Below are positions 18,642 through 28,029 of a stretch of 57,571 nucleotides of DNA, piece by piece. Within the stretch, counting starts at the first letter, position 1, and every line of letters starts with the position of its first letter. The notes under the pieces are model-generated. The model searched no databases and was not told the origin of the DNA. It was given only the letters and a program-made list of their open reading frames with translations. Location of the stretch: contig JAYYLR010000055.1 of NCBI GenBank assembly GCA_036143955.1, positions 1 to 57,571 of the forward strand, read 5' to 3'. Origin of the DNA: Pseudomonadota bacterium. Its GTDB lineage: Bacteria; Pseudomonadota; Alphaproteobacteria; Puniceispirillales; Puniceispirillaceae. The translations under genes and the position numbers were made by a program.

Positions 18642-19503
18642 GGCGTTGTCCCTGAGATTGTGATGTCCGGGAAGAATGTGTACGTGACGATGTTTTCCGC
18701 CGCTGGCCGCCGGCCCTGCCGCCGGCGTCACTTGTTTCCTGTCCTGAAGACTCCGTCAGTCCAAGCTGGTCCGCGAGGATACGTGGTTTGACGGCGTCGA
18801 CGCTTCCCGACGGCAGCTCGCCAAGCTGGAAGGGACCATAGGATACACGGATCAGGCGGCTGACCTGGTGTCCCAGATGCTCCATGATGCGCCGCACCTC
18901 GCGGTTGCGTCCTTCGCGAATGGCGACGGTCAGCCAGGCATTGCTCGCCATCTGCCGATCCAGCCGCGCCGTCACCCGGCCGTAGCGGATGCCGTCGATG
19001 GTGATGCCTTCGGAAAGCGGCTCAAGCGCTGCCGCGTCGACCTGCCCCTGCACACGCACCCGGTATTTGCGGCTCCACCCGGTACTTGGAAGCTCCAGAT
19101 GCCGCGCCAGACCGCCGTCATTGGTCAACAGCAGGAGGCCTTCGGAATCAAGGTCCAGCCGACCGACTGACAGCACCCGCGGCAGGGAGTCCGGAAGCCT
19201 GTCGAAGATTGTTTCACGTCCCTTCTCGTCACGGTCGCTGACGATCAGCCCGCGCGGCTTGTTGTAGCGCCACAGGCGCGCCGGCTCACGTGGCGGAAGC
19301 GGCTTTCCGTCGACCGTGATGCTGTCGGCGGCGCTGACGTTGAGTGCGGGGCTGAAAATCGTCTCGCCGTTCACCGTCACCCGGCCATCGGATATCCGTG
19401 CTTCGGCCTCGCGGCGCGAGCAGACGCCGGCGCGCGCGATGTGCTTGGCGATACGTTCCGGTCCGGAAGGCGCGTCAAGGATGAAGGAAGGCTTGTCGTT
19501 CAT
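18583..19503 (-). CDS. rluB: rRNA pseudouridine synthase (RluB/RsuA family)
   Basis: S4 domain (GVCSRREAE), GRLDLDSEGLLLLTNDG, EGRNREVRR. Confidence 0.88.
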   Translation of the reverse strand: MNDKPSFILDAPSGPERIAKHIARAGVCSRREAEARISDGRVTVNGETIFSPALNVSAADSITVDGKPLPPREPARLWRYNKPRGLIVSDRDEKGRETIFDRLPDSLPRVLSVGRLDLDSEGLLLLTNDGGLARHLELPSTGWSRKYRVRVQGQVDAAALEPLSEGITIDGIRYGRVTARLDRQMASNAWLTVAIREGRNREVRRIMEHLGHQVSRLIRVSYGPFQLGELPSGSVDAVKPRILADQLGLTESSGQETSDAGGRAGGQRRKTSSRTHSSRTSQSQGQRHANHRRPTSRHKAGPARRR

Positions 19504-19567
19504 GGCGCGGTGTTACCTGCAAATGCGTCACTTTGCAAATCGTCCGCCGCTATGCCACAAGATCGGC
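19504..19567. promoter_or_regulatory. Symmetric bidirectional promoter with a shared palindromic -35 (TTGCAA)
   Basis: Plus: TTGCAA-N17-CACAAG-N6-ATG(19568). Minus: TTGCAA-N17-TAACAC-N6-ATG(19503). Confidence 0.55.
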
Positions 19568-20029
19568 ATGAGTGACGCTGTGTACAGGCCCGACATCATG
19601 CCGATGCTTCTGGAAGCGGCTGAAGACGCTGCCCGCGCCGGCGAGGTGCCAGTGGCGGCAGCCGTAACCGACGCCGGCGGCGCGGTTCTGGCGCTTGCCC
19701 AGAACCGGATGAAACGGGATTCCAACGCGCTCCACCATGCCGAAATCCTGGCGCTCGGGGCGGCGATGGAGGCGCGTGGAAGCGAGCGGCTTGAGGATTG
19801 CGACCTGTGGGTAACGCTCGAGCCCTGCACGATGTGCGCCGGCGCCATTTCGCATGCCCGCATCAGGCGGCTCTATTTCGCCGCTACCGATCCGAAGGCC
19901 GGCGCGGTTGAATCCGGTGTCAGATTCTTTGACAGCGCGGCATGCCACCATGTGCCGGAAATCTATGGCGGGCTGTCGGAAGCCGCGGCTTCGGCCCAGC
20001 TTCGAGCCTTTTTCGCCGAAAGGCGCTAG
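19568..20029 (+). CDS. tadA: tRNA adenosine deaminase (TadA-like)
   Basis: GEVPVAA, HAE, TLEPCTMC. Confidence 0.9.
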   Translation: MSDAVYRPDIMPMLLEAAEDAARAGEVPVAAAVTDAGGAVLALAQNRMKRDSNALHHAEILALGAAMEARGSERLEDCDLWVTLEPCTMCAGAISHARIRRLYFAATDPKAGAVESGVRFFDSAACHHVPEIYGGLSEAAASAQLRAFFAERR

Positions 20030-20036
20030 CGAAGGA

Positions 20037-21296
20037 TCAGACGGCCGCGATGTCGCGGCGACAGAATCCTTCCGGCCAGTCGATCGAATCAACCGCCGCA
20101 TAGGCCGCATTGCGCGCCAATTCCACGCTGTTGCCAAGACCGGTAACGGCCAGCACCCGCCCGCCATTGGCGCGAACGGTGCCATCGGCTTCAATGACCG
20201 TTCCAGCATGGAACGGAATCACATTCCGGTCACCGGCAAGCAGGTCGAGTCCTGAAATGCGGCTCCCCGTCTCATAGCTTGCGGGGTAGCCCTGCGTCGC
20301 CATCACCACGGTCACGGCGCTTTTGGTATCCCAGCGAAGCGAGAGATGGCTGAGGCTTCCCTCGACAGTGCCGAGCATGGCCGCCACAAGATCAGAACGA
20401 AGTCGGGGCAGGATGACCTGCGCTTCCGGGTCGCCGAGCCGGCAGTTGAACTCGATCACCTGCGGACCCGTTTCGGTCAGCATCAGCCCGACATAAAGGA
20501 TTCCACGATAGGGCGACCCCTCGGCGGCCATCCCGCGGGCGAGTGGCATAACAACCTCTTCCATCACCTGTTTCTGAAGATCGTCGGTCAGCCGCGGTGC
20601 CGGCGAAACGGCGCCCATGCCGCCGGTGTTCGGTCCCTTGTCGTTGTCGAAGGCGCGCTTGTGGTCCTGCGCGCTTCCCATGAAGATGGCGTCCGGCCCG
20701 TCGATCAGGGCGAAGAGCGAGGCCTCCGGCCCGGCAATCCTGTCTTCGATCAATACGGTGCTGCCGGAGTCGCCGAACCTGCCGCCGAACATCTCGGCGG
20801 CGGCGTCACAGGCCTCGTCCGCATTGTCGGCGACGACGACGCCCTTGCCGGCGGCGAGACCGTCGGCCTTGACCACGCAGGCACCGCCTGCCGCCTTGAT
20901 CGCCGCGTCGGCGGTACCAATGTCCCGGCAGACAGTGAACCCCGGCTGTGGGATCCCGAAGCGGGCGCAGGCCTCCCGCGCGAAAGCTTTCGACCCTTCA
21001 AGCCGTGCCGCCGCTGCCGTTGGCCCGAAGGCGACGTGCCCGGTATCGGTTAGCCTGTCGACCAGCCCGGCGACAAGCGGTGCTTCCGGTCCGACGACGA
21101 CGAGGTCCGGGCCGATGTCGTCCGCAAGTGCAAGCAGACCGTCGATATCCTCGGCGCCGACATCGACGCAGCGGCCAAGCGATCCCATTGCCGCGCTTCC
21201 CGGCGCGATGACGAGTTCCTCGGTGAGTGCCGATCCCGCTATCGCCCAGGCAAGCGCATGCTCGCGGCCGCCGCTGCCGATCAGGAGAATTTTCAT
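20037..21296 (-). CDS. purD: Phosphoribosylamine--glycine ligase
   Basis: GSGGREHAL, KADGLAAGKGV, GPNTGGMG, EFNCRLGDPE. Confidence 0.97.
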   Translation of the reverse strand: MKILLIGSGGREHALAWAIAGSALTEELVIAPGSAAMGSLGRCVDVGAEDIDGLLALADDIGPDLVVVGPEAPLVAGLVDRLTDTGHVAFGPTAAAARLEGSKAFAREACARFGIPQPGFTVCRDIGTADAAIKAAGGACVVKADGLAAGKGVVVADNADEACDAAAEMFGGRFGDSGSTVLIEDRIAGPEASLFALIDGPDAIFMGSAQDHKRAFDNDKGPNTGGMGAVSPAPRLTDDLQKQVMEEVVMPLARGMAAEGSPYRGILYVGLMLTETGPQVIEFNCRLGDPEAQVILPRLRSDLVAAMLGTVEGSLSHLSLRWDTKSAVTVVMATQGYPASYETGSRISGLDLLAGDRNVIPFHAGTVIEADGTVRANGGRVLAVTGLGNSVELARNAAYAAVDSIDWPEGFCRRDIAAV

Positions 21297-21388
21297 CGGA
21301 TGGTCCTTCTTTCCTGTGCCGGGCGTTGTGGCTTGCCCGGCGCGCAATATGGCATAAGATTGAGCTGCCACGAAAGAGGGCCTGCCAC

Positions 21389-22834
21389 ATGAACCCAGAT
21401 ATACCCGCCCTGCCGGATGCCGAGGCAGGCACGAACACGCCACCCTTCCTCACCGTTACCGAGCTTGCACAGCGCCTGAAGGCGACTGTGGAAAGCCAGT
21501 TCGATTTCGTGCGGATAAGGGCCGAGATTTCCCGTCCCACCCGGGCCGCGTCGGGGCATCTCTATTTTACCCTGAAGGACGACCGCAATACCCTCGACGG
21601 TGTCTGCTGGAAAACCGTTGCCGGCTCGCTCGCCGTGCAGCCGGAAGAAGGGCTTGAGGTCGTCGTCACCGGCAAGCTGACAATCTATGGCGGGCGTTCG
21701 AAGTACCAGATCGTCGTGCAGACGATGGAAATGGCCGGTGAAGGTGCGATGTTGCGGCAGCTCGAGGAGCGCCGCCGCCGGCTTGCCGCCGAAGGGCTGT
21801 TCGACAGCGAACGCAAACAGCCGATACCGCACATGCCGGTGGTCATCGGCGTCGTGACGAGCCCAACCGGCGCGGTGATCCGCGACATACTTCATCGTCT
21901 CACGGATCGGTTCGGGGTCAGGGTCCTCGTCTGGGGAACATTGGTCCAGGGCCAGGGCGCCGCCGCGCAGGTGGCACGGGCCATCGAGGGGTTTGATGCG
22001 ATGCCGACGGACGGGTCGCTGCCGCGTCCGGACCTGCTGATCGTCGCGCGTGGTGGCGGCTCGCTGGAGGATCTCTGGGCCTTCAATGAGGAAGAGGTTG
22101 TGCGCGCCGCCGCCGCCTGCAGCATCCCCCTGATCTCGGCGATCGGGCATGAGACCGACACGACACTGATCGATTTTGCCGCCGACCGGCGCGCCCCGAC
22201 CCCGACCGCCGCTGCCGAGATGGCGGTTCCGGTCCGCGCGGACCTGCTGTCCCGCATTTCGGACATCGAATCGCGGCTTCGCGCCGGCGTTACGCAGCGG
22301 CTTGCCACCGCAACGCAGCTTCTCCGGACGGCTGAACGCGGGCTGCTCAACCCGGCGGAGATGGTCGAAAGACGCGCACAGTCGGTCGATCTTGCCGTTG
22401 CCGGTCTTGAGCGGGCTCTTCAGAGCCGCCTTTCGGCCGCGGCGCTTCGGGTCACCGACCTTGGTGCCAGGCTCCGGCCTCCCGAGCGCCGTCTTGCCGA
22501 AGTCGGGGCCGAGCTGGCCGGCCTCGAATCCCGGCTCGACCAGCAGATCGACATTCAGCTCGACCGCCGCCGTGGGGCGCTTGAGTCGGCAGCCCGTCTT
22601 CTTGACGCGAATTCCTTTGAACGGGTTCTCGAGCGGGGCTTCGCGCTGGTGACCACGCCGGAGGGGCTGCCCGTCAAGCGGGCTGCCGAGGCGGCGGACG
22701 GTGCCGAGGTGACGATCAGGTTTGCCGACACCGCCCGCAAGGCGCGGCTCGACCCGTCCGGTCCTGCTCCGACGGGACGGCGCAAAACCGCTGCAAAGCC
22801 AAAGACGCAGACCGAACAGGACAGCCTGTTCTAG
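21389..22834 (+). CDS. xseA: Exodeoxyribonuclease VII large subunit
   Basis: SGHLYFTLKD, ARGGGSLEDLWAFNEE, GHETD, APTPTAAAE. Confidence 0.96.
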   Translation: MNPDIPALPDAEAGTNTPPFLTVTELAQRLKATVESQFDFVRIRAEISRPTRAASGHLYFTLKDDRNTLDGVCWKTVAGSLAVQPEEGLEVVVTGKLTIYGGRSKYQIVVQTMEMAGEGAMLRQLEERRRRLAAEGLFDSERKQPIPHMPVVIGVVTSPTGAVIRDILHRLTDRFGVRVLVWGTLVQGQGAAAQVARAIEGFDAMPTDGSLPRPDLLIVARGGGSLEDLWAFNEEEVVRAAAACSIPLISAIGHETDTTLIDFAADRRAPTPTAAAEMAVPVRADLLSRISDIESRLRAGVTQRLATATQLLRTAERGLLNPAEMVERRAQSVDLAVAGLERALQSRLSAAALRVTDLGARLRPPERRLAEVGAELAGLESRLDQQIDIQLDRRRGALESAARLLDANSFERVLERGFALVTTPEGLPVKRAAEAADGAEVTIRFADTARKARLDPSGPAPTGRRKTAAKPKTQTEQDSLF

Positions 22835-23748
22835 CCAGGAGATTGCGTCGTTGGGACGGATTTTCCCCACCGCCTGTGTGGCCAGAACCACTGTTCGGGT
22901 GTCTCGCGGATCCAGTCTTCAAGCCTGTTGTTGATCTGCGTCGCGACCGCCAGCACGGTGGCGTCGTCATCCTGATCGGGAAGGTCGATCGGCCTGGAAA
23001 TGGAAACGCGGAACCGGCTTCCGGCAAGCCGCCGTGTCCGCATATACATCAGCGGCACCCGCTTCCTGATGGCCAGCTTGACGTGGCTGATCGAGGTCTG
23101 CGCCGGATGGCCGAAGAAGGGAACAGCCATGCCCTCGCGAAGCTGCTGGTCGATCAGAAGGCATATGACCTGGCCCTTGCGCAGCGTGCTGACCATGCCA
23201 AGCGCGGCTTCGCGTCCCTTGCGGTAGATGTCACCGCCATAATTGGCCTGCCGGCGTTCCAGGATACCGGCAAGAAGCGGGTTGTTGAGGGGGCGGTAGA
23301 TTGCCGCCACCTTGTGCCCCTCGCCAAGCGCTGCGTAGGGACCGAGTTCCCAGTTGCCGATATGCGCACCGACAAGAATGGCCCCACCTTTCAGGTTTCT
23401 GAGGTTTTCCAGCCCCTCGAATTCGATCCGGCCAAGGCCGACCATCCTGTGAACATGCGGAAACTCCCCGACGACGCGTCCGAAATTGCGCCACATGCCG
23501 GCAAGAATGCGTCGCTGTTCGGCCCTGCCGAGGTCAGGCATCGCAAAGGCAAGGTTCCGCGACGCGCGTCCATGCCATGGGGTGAAGGGGCCGATAAGGC
23601 CGAACAGGCCGCCAAACAGGGCGCTTGCCAGCGGCATCGGGAGAAGACGTGCAAGGCCGAACAGAAACAGCACCAGCGCCGCTTCCATAGGCCAGATGAA
23701 GACCCGTCGCAAAGTCCGCAGGATGATTTTCCCGATCGGGTCAGCCAT
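22831..23748 (-). CDS. lpxL: Lipid A late acyltransferase (LpxL/HtrB family)
   Basis: HIGNWE, LIDQ, PFFG, PEQWFWPHRRW. Confidence 0.88.
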   Translation of the reverse strand: MADPIGKIILRTLRRVFIWPMEAALVLFLFGLARLLPMPLASALFGGLFGLIGPFTPWHGRASRNLAFAMPDLGRAEQRRILAGMWRNFGRVVGEFPHVHRMVGLGRIEFEGLENLRNLKGGAILVGAHIGNWELGPYAALGEGHKVAAIYRPLNNPLLAGILERRQANYGGDIYRKGREAALGMVSTLRKGQVICLLIDQQLREGMAVPFFGHPAQTSISHVKLAIRKRVPLMYMRTRRLAGSRFRVSISRPIDLPDQDDDATVLAVATQINNRLEDWIRETPEQWFWPHRRWGKSVPTTQSPG

Positions 23749-24736
23749 CCGCTGCTCCACTGTCGGTCTGACGGCTGACCCGCGCGAGAAAATCCGCTTC
23801 GTTTTCGATTTCCATGGTTACGGGGAGCATGGCAACGCGGGGTCTCCAGTCCGGTGGCAGCCTCATCCAGTCCTTCTGCGTTGTGATCATCTCGGCGCCG
23901 TAACGCTGCGCGTCTTCCTGAAGCTGTGTCAGATCCTGCTGCGAATAGGGGTGATGGTCGGCAAAGGACAGCGTCTTCGCCAGATTGCCGCCTAGCGTCT
24001 CGAGGGTTCGGAAGAACCGCGCCGGCCGGCCGATGCCGGCAAAGGCGAGAAGCGGTGCGTCCCCCAGTGACTCAATGATGCTCGCCTGTGGGCGAAGGGT
24101 GGCAGCGAACACGACTTTTCCGCCGGCGATTTCCGCTGCCAGCCCGGTTTCGTCCTCACCATTGATTACGGCAAGGTCCAGTTCGGCAAGCCCTGATTCG
24201 AAAGGCAGGCGGAGTGGCCCGGCCGGGATTACCCAGCCATTCCCGATTCCGGTCGCGCCATCAAAGACGCCGATGGTGACATCCCGCGCAAGGCCCGGGT
24301 TCTGCATGCCGTCATCCATGATGATGATGTCATGCCTGCCGCCGGCAACGATCGCCCTTGCCCCGGCGGCGCGGTCCCTGGCCACCATCACGTCCCGCCC
24401 ATCGGCCAGCATCAGCGGCTCGTCACCACAGGCCGCAGCATCATGATTTTCCGGATCGACCCAGAGCGGGCCGGGCTCGTTCCCGCCATATCCCATCGTG
24501 AGGATCGCCGGCGTCTTTCCCTTTTCAGCAAGCCTGTCGGCAAGCCAGCCTACCAGCGGAGTCTTTCCGGTGCCGCCGGCTGTAAGATTTCCGACGCAGA
24601 TCACCGGGAGAGGAGGCCTGTAGGGGCGCGCCGACAGGCTCCGCAACAGGCCGCCAACGCGCCATATCAGTGTCAGTGGCAGCAGGCTGATGGCAAGCGG
24701 CCCGCGATGATTCCAATGGTCCGGTGTCCTGATCAT
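23741..24736 (-). CDS. lpxK: Tetraacyldisaccharide 4'-kinase
   Basis: VGNLTAGGTGKTP, GDEP, MDDGMQ, AGPLR, FADHH, TTQKD. Confidence 0.95.
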   Translation of the reverse strand: MIRTPDHWNHRGPLAISLLPLTLIWRVGGLLRSLSARPYRPPLPVICVGNLTAGGTGKTPLVGWLADRLAEKGKTPAILTMGYGGNEPGPLWVDPENHDAAACGDEPLMLADGRDVMVARDRAAGARAIVAGGRHDIIIMDDGMQNPGLARDVTIGVFDGATGIGNGWVIPAGPLRLPFESGLAELDLAVINGEDETGLAAEIAGGKVVFAATLRPQASIIESLGDAPLLAFAGIGRPARFFRTLETLGGNLAKTLSFADHHPYSQQDLTQLQEDAQRYGAEMITTQKDWMRLPPDWRPRVAMLPVTMEIENEADFLARVSRQTDSGAADG

Positions 24737-26016
24737 GATGGTGCGGCGCTGGTCCCGATCAATTCGAGGCATGAGTCTGCAGCGATTTGCGGCCGCTTTC
24801 CAGTCTGTGCAGCATAATGGCGCGCCGCTGCGGCGATCGTGGCTCGCCGCGCCGCGTCTTCGGCGATGCTTCGGGCGCTGGAAGCAAGCTCCTCCGCATT
24901 GGTGATTTCGGTGACGACACCGGCGTCCCGCAGCCCAGAAAATTCAGCCGCATTCTTGAAGACATGCGGGCCGGTCAGGATCGGCAGGCCATGTGCCGCT
25001 GGCTCGACCGGGTTGTGGCCGCCGAGCGGTTTCAGCGAGCCGCCGAGAAACACGATGTCCGCGACACTGAAAAGACTGTCCATTTCCCCCAGCGTGTCGG
25101 CGATATAGATAGCGTCGCCCGCCTGCGCCGTCGCGCCGCCGCCACGGCGCTGCGCAGTCAGTCCGTGCGCGTCGCAGAGCGCCGCAATCTCGCCGCCGCG
25201 CTCCGGATGCCTTGGCGCGATGACGGTAAACCAGCCCTCGCCAAGCTTCCTTGCAGCCTCGATCACCGTTGCGTCCTCGCCTTCATGCGTCGAGGCGGCG
25301 AGAAGAACCTTCCGCGATCCCGTCGCGGTCTTCAGCATCGCGACAAGATCCGGCTTTGTCGGTCTGGCCTGGCCGGGAAGCTTGAGCGAACCGCCAACCC
25401 TTACCCGCGGTCTGTCGGCGCCAAGGGCAATGAAGCGTTCGGCCTGTGTATCATCGACCGCAAGGACGAGCGATGCGCTCCCAAACAGACCTGATGCGAG
25501 AGCGCGTTGTTTCTGCCAGCGTGAAAACGCCCGATCCGAAAGCTGCGCCGATACGAAGGCCACAGGAACGCCTGACCCGGCGGTGCGGATCACCAGGTTC
25601 GGCCAGAAATCCGATTCGAGGAACAGCGCCAGCCTTGGCTTCACTCGGCGCAGGAATGAAGCCACCATGTCCGGGTGATCCAGTGGCTGGTAGAGATGCG
25701 TCAGGCCGGTCTCGGCGGCCTGCGCGGCGACGCGTGCCGCTGCCGTAACAGTATTGGTGGTGATCAGGATCGGCAGCCCGGCATCGCGCGCGCGTATCGA
25801 GTCCGCGAGCGCCAAGGCGGCGACGCTCTCGCCGACGCTGACGGCATGGATCCAGACCGGATTTTCAGGAAGGTCCGACCGCGCATCCAGCCTGCCAAGA
25901 CGTTCGGCGATGCGGGCACCGTCTTCCTTGCCTTTTGCCGCGCGGTACCGCAGGACCAGCGGCAGGAAGGGCCGCGCCAGCCGCCACAGTATGTCATAGC
26001 GCCCAAGCTTGGTCAT
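24733..26016 (-). CDS. waaA: Kdo transferase
   Basis: WIHAVSVGE, ASTHEGE, PRHPER, DTLGE, GGHNPVEP. Confidence 0.95.
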   Translation of the reverse strand: MTKLGRYDILWRLARPFLPLVLRYRAAKGKEDGARIAERLGRLDARSDLPENPVWIHAVSVGESVAALALADSIRARDAGLPILITTNTVTAAARVAAQAAETGLTHLYQPLDHPDMVASFLRRVKPRLALFLESDFWPNLVIRTAGSGVPVAFVSAQLSDRAFSRWQKQRALASGLFGSASLVLAVDDTQAERFIALGADRPRVRVGGSLKLPGQARPTKPDLVAMLKTATGSRKVLLAASTHEGEDATVIEAARKLGEGWFTVIAPRHPERGGEIAALCDAHGLTAQRRGGGATAQAGDAIYIADTLGEMDSLFSVADIVFLGGSLKPLGGHNPVEPAAHGLPILTGPHVFKNAAEFSGLRDAGVVTEITNAEELASSARSIAEDAARRATIAAAARHYAAQTGKRPQIAADSCLELIGTSAAPS

Positions 26017-26690
26017 GATGTGCAAGCCTTCGGGTCGGCAAGACTGTCGGCACGTGCCGACACGAGGTTCATCGCCTGCTCCAGCGACACCCGGTGCGGC
26101 TCAAGGTCATCTTTCGGCCCTGGCGCTGGTATCATCTCGCCGACCACGAAAATGCCGCGTGAAAACGGTTTCGGGATCATCATGCCGTCCCAGCCGGGCG
26201 CCTGCCAGTAACGGTCTACGGACCAGGCGACAGGAAGGACCGGTTTGCCGGAAAGCCGCGCCAGCGCAACCGGGCCCATGGCGGCGCGGCGCGCCGGGCC
26301 GCGCGGTCCGTCAGGGGTTATGGCGGCAATGCGTCCGGCATCAAGAATGCGTTTCAGGCCGCGAAGTCCCGACAGGGCGTTCCGGTTCGAGCTTCCCCAC
26401 ACCGTCCGAACGCCGAGATGGTTGACCGTATGCGCCAGCAGCCGCCCGTCGGGATGCGGTGACTGCAGGGCTGTCATGGCATGGCGCCGTGGCCAGAGCC
26501 AGGGCATGGCCAGTATGCGTTCATGCCAGAAGACAAGGATGAACCCGTCATGGTCCGCCAGTATGGCGCGGAATGATGCGGCATCCTTCGTTTTCCATCG
26601 CACCGAGACCATCAGCATCGCGACGATGGCGGCGACAAGCCAGCTCAGGCAGAAAAGGCCAATCTTGGTTCGTATCAGGCGCTTCAGCAT
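26013..26690 (-). CDS. lpxJ: DUF374 / LpxJ-type lipid A acyltransferase
   Basis: FWH, S..PDG, GSS, ITPDGPRGP, WD.MMIPKPFSRG; ATGA-coupled to waaA. Confidence 0.8.
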   Translation of the reverse strand: MLKRLIRTKIGLFCLSWLVAAIVAMLMVSVRWKTKDAASFRAILADHDGFILVFWHERILAMPWLWPRRHAMTALQSPHPDGRLLAHTVNHLGVRTVWGSSNRNALSGLRGLKRILDAGRIAAITPDGPRGPARRAAMGPVALARLSGKPVLPVAWSVDRYWQAPGWDGMMIPKPFSRGIFVVGEMIPAPGPKDDLEPHRVSLEQAMNLVSARADSLADPKACTS

Positions 26691-26809
26691 CGGGCGGGTA
26701 TCGGTCTGCCTTGCGGAACGTTTCGTAATGCCGCCCGTTGAAAGCGCACAGGAAACGCGCGGTGTCACCGCGCTGCGGCGGCGATGAAGGCGTCTTACCC
26801 TGATAACGG

Positions 26810-26859
26810 TTTCCCCAAGCGACCCTTGAGGTTATAACCGGCGCGTGGGTGGCCGTCCA
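26810..26859. promoter_or_regulatory. Putative bidirectional promoter with a shared palindromic -10 (GTTATAAC)
   Basis: Plus: TTTCCC-N17-TATAAC. Minus: TGGACG-N17-TATAAC. Confidence 0.45.
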
Positions 26860-26906
26860 GTTGGGCATCCGGTTCAAACGCTTGGGTCTGAACGAGGCTT
26901 GGCCGC

Positions 26907-27989
26907 ATGGATAGCAATCAAGATCTTCTTGCATCCGGCATTAGCGCGCGCCGCAGGCTTCTTGTTGTGCAGCCGCTTGTCGGGATCGGAGACATGGTCT
27001 GGCACAAGCCCTGGATCGATCATCTTGCCGCGCATTTCGATATCGTGCTGGCCTGCAAGCCGACCGCAAAAGCGGAGGTGCTGTTTCACGGAACGGCAGG
27101 CATTGTCGAATACCTGCCGATCGAACGGTCGCTTCGCGGTCGGCGTGGCCGTCATGACGGGCCGCTCGGCCTGCTGCGTCTTGCCGCCGCCTTCAGGGCA
27201 ACAGGTGCCGACAGCGTGCTCGTCATGCATCACAGCGCCACCTACGGCACCGCGGCCCGTCTTGCCGGCATCGCAAACCGCTGGGGCTATGGCATCGGAC
27301 GAAGCCGCCGTTGGCTGAATCGGGGTGTCTTTCTCGGCACTGAGGCGCGTTACCAGCATCCGACCCGCAAGCTTGCCGAATTTGCGAAGGCGAACGGGTT
27401 CGGGCTCGACCGACCGGAATGGGTTATGCCGCCAAGTGAAGCCGCGCGCCGCGCTGCGGCGGCATGGTGCGATTCTGTCGATATTCCTGATTTCGGAACG
27501 CCTGCAGACGAGCTTCGCGACATGGTGGTGATGGGTGTCACCGCGATGGATGAGGAGCGCATGTGGCCGCCGGCACATTTCGCAGCGCTGGCAGCGCGAA
27601 TCCGGGAATTTTCGCCGGCGACGGGCATCCTGGTCATGGGCGCGCCATCCGAACAGCCTGTCATCGATGCCGTGCTGGCGGATCCGGCCGCGCCCGCCGG
27701 TCTGATCCCGAACACCGCGCCGCTTGACGAGGCCGTGGCGCTGATCAACGCCTCGCGGCTCTATGTCGGCAATGACACGAGCCTTCTCAACATCGCCGCT
27801 GCCTGTGGCCGTCCAGCGGCCGGGATTTTTGCGCAATCCAGCCCGTTGGACTATAGTGACGCCATCGTTCCGATCCCGGAACCCGATGGTCGATTTGGAG
27901 AACCCGGGGCGATAAACAGGATCACCGCGGCGCAGGCATTCGATGTCGTTGCCGGGGTGCTGACATCGCAACTGCCGGACCGAACATGA
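26907..27989 (+). CDS. Glycosyltransferase family 9 (heptosyltransferase-like)
   Basis: GIGDMVW, WPPAHFAALA, YVGNDTSLLNIAAA. Confidence 0.88.
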   Translation: MDSNQDLLASGISARRRLLVVQPLVGIGDMVWHKPWIDHLAAHFDIVLACKPTAKAEVLFHGTAGIVEYLPIERSLRGRRGRHDGPLGLLRLAAAFRATGADSVLVMHHSATYGTAARLAGIANRWGYGIGRSRRWLNRGVFLGTEARYQHPTRKLAEFAKANGFGLDRPEWVMPPSEAARRAAAAWCDSVDIPDFGTPADELRDMVVMGVTAMDEERMWPPAHFAALAARIREFSPATGILVMGAPSEQPVIDAVLADPAAPAGLIPNTAPLDEAVALINASRLYVGNDTSLLNIAAACGRPAAGIFAQSSPLDYSDAIVPIPEPDGRFGEPGAINRITAAQAFDVVAGVLTSQLPDRT

Positions 27990-28029
27990 TCCCAACTTCG
28001 CCGTCAGGCAGTCAGACAGGACAGCTTTC

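Noticed and set aside
18583-18731. Frameshift at the rluB/rsmD 59-nt overlap
   Set aside because: Both catalytic domains are complete; the overlap is only a low-complexity basic tail typical of RluB.
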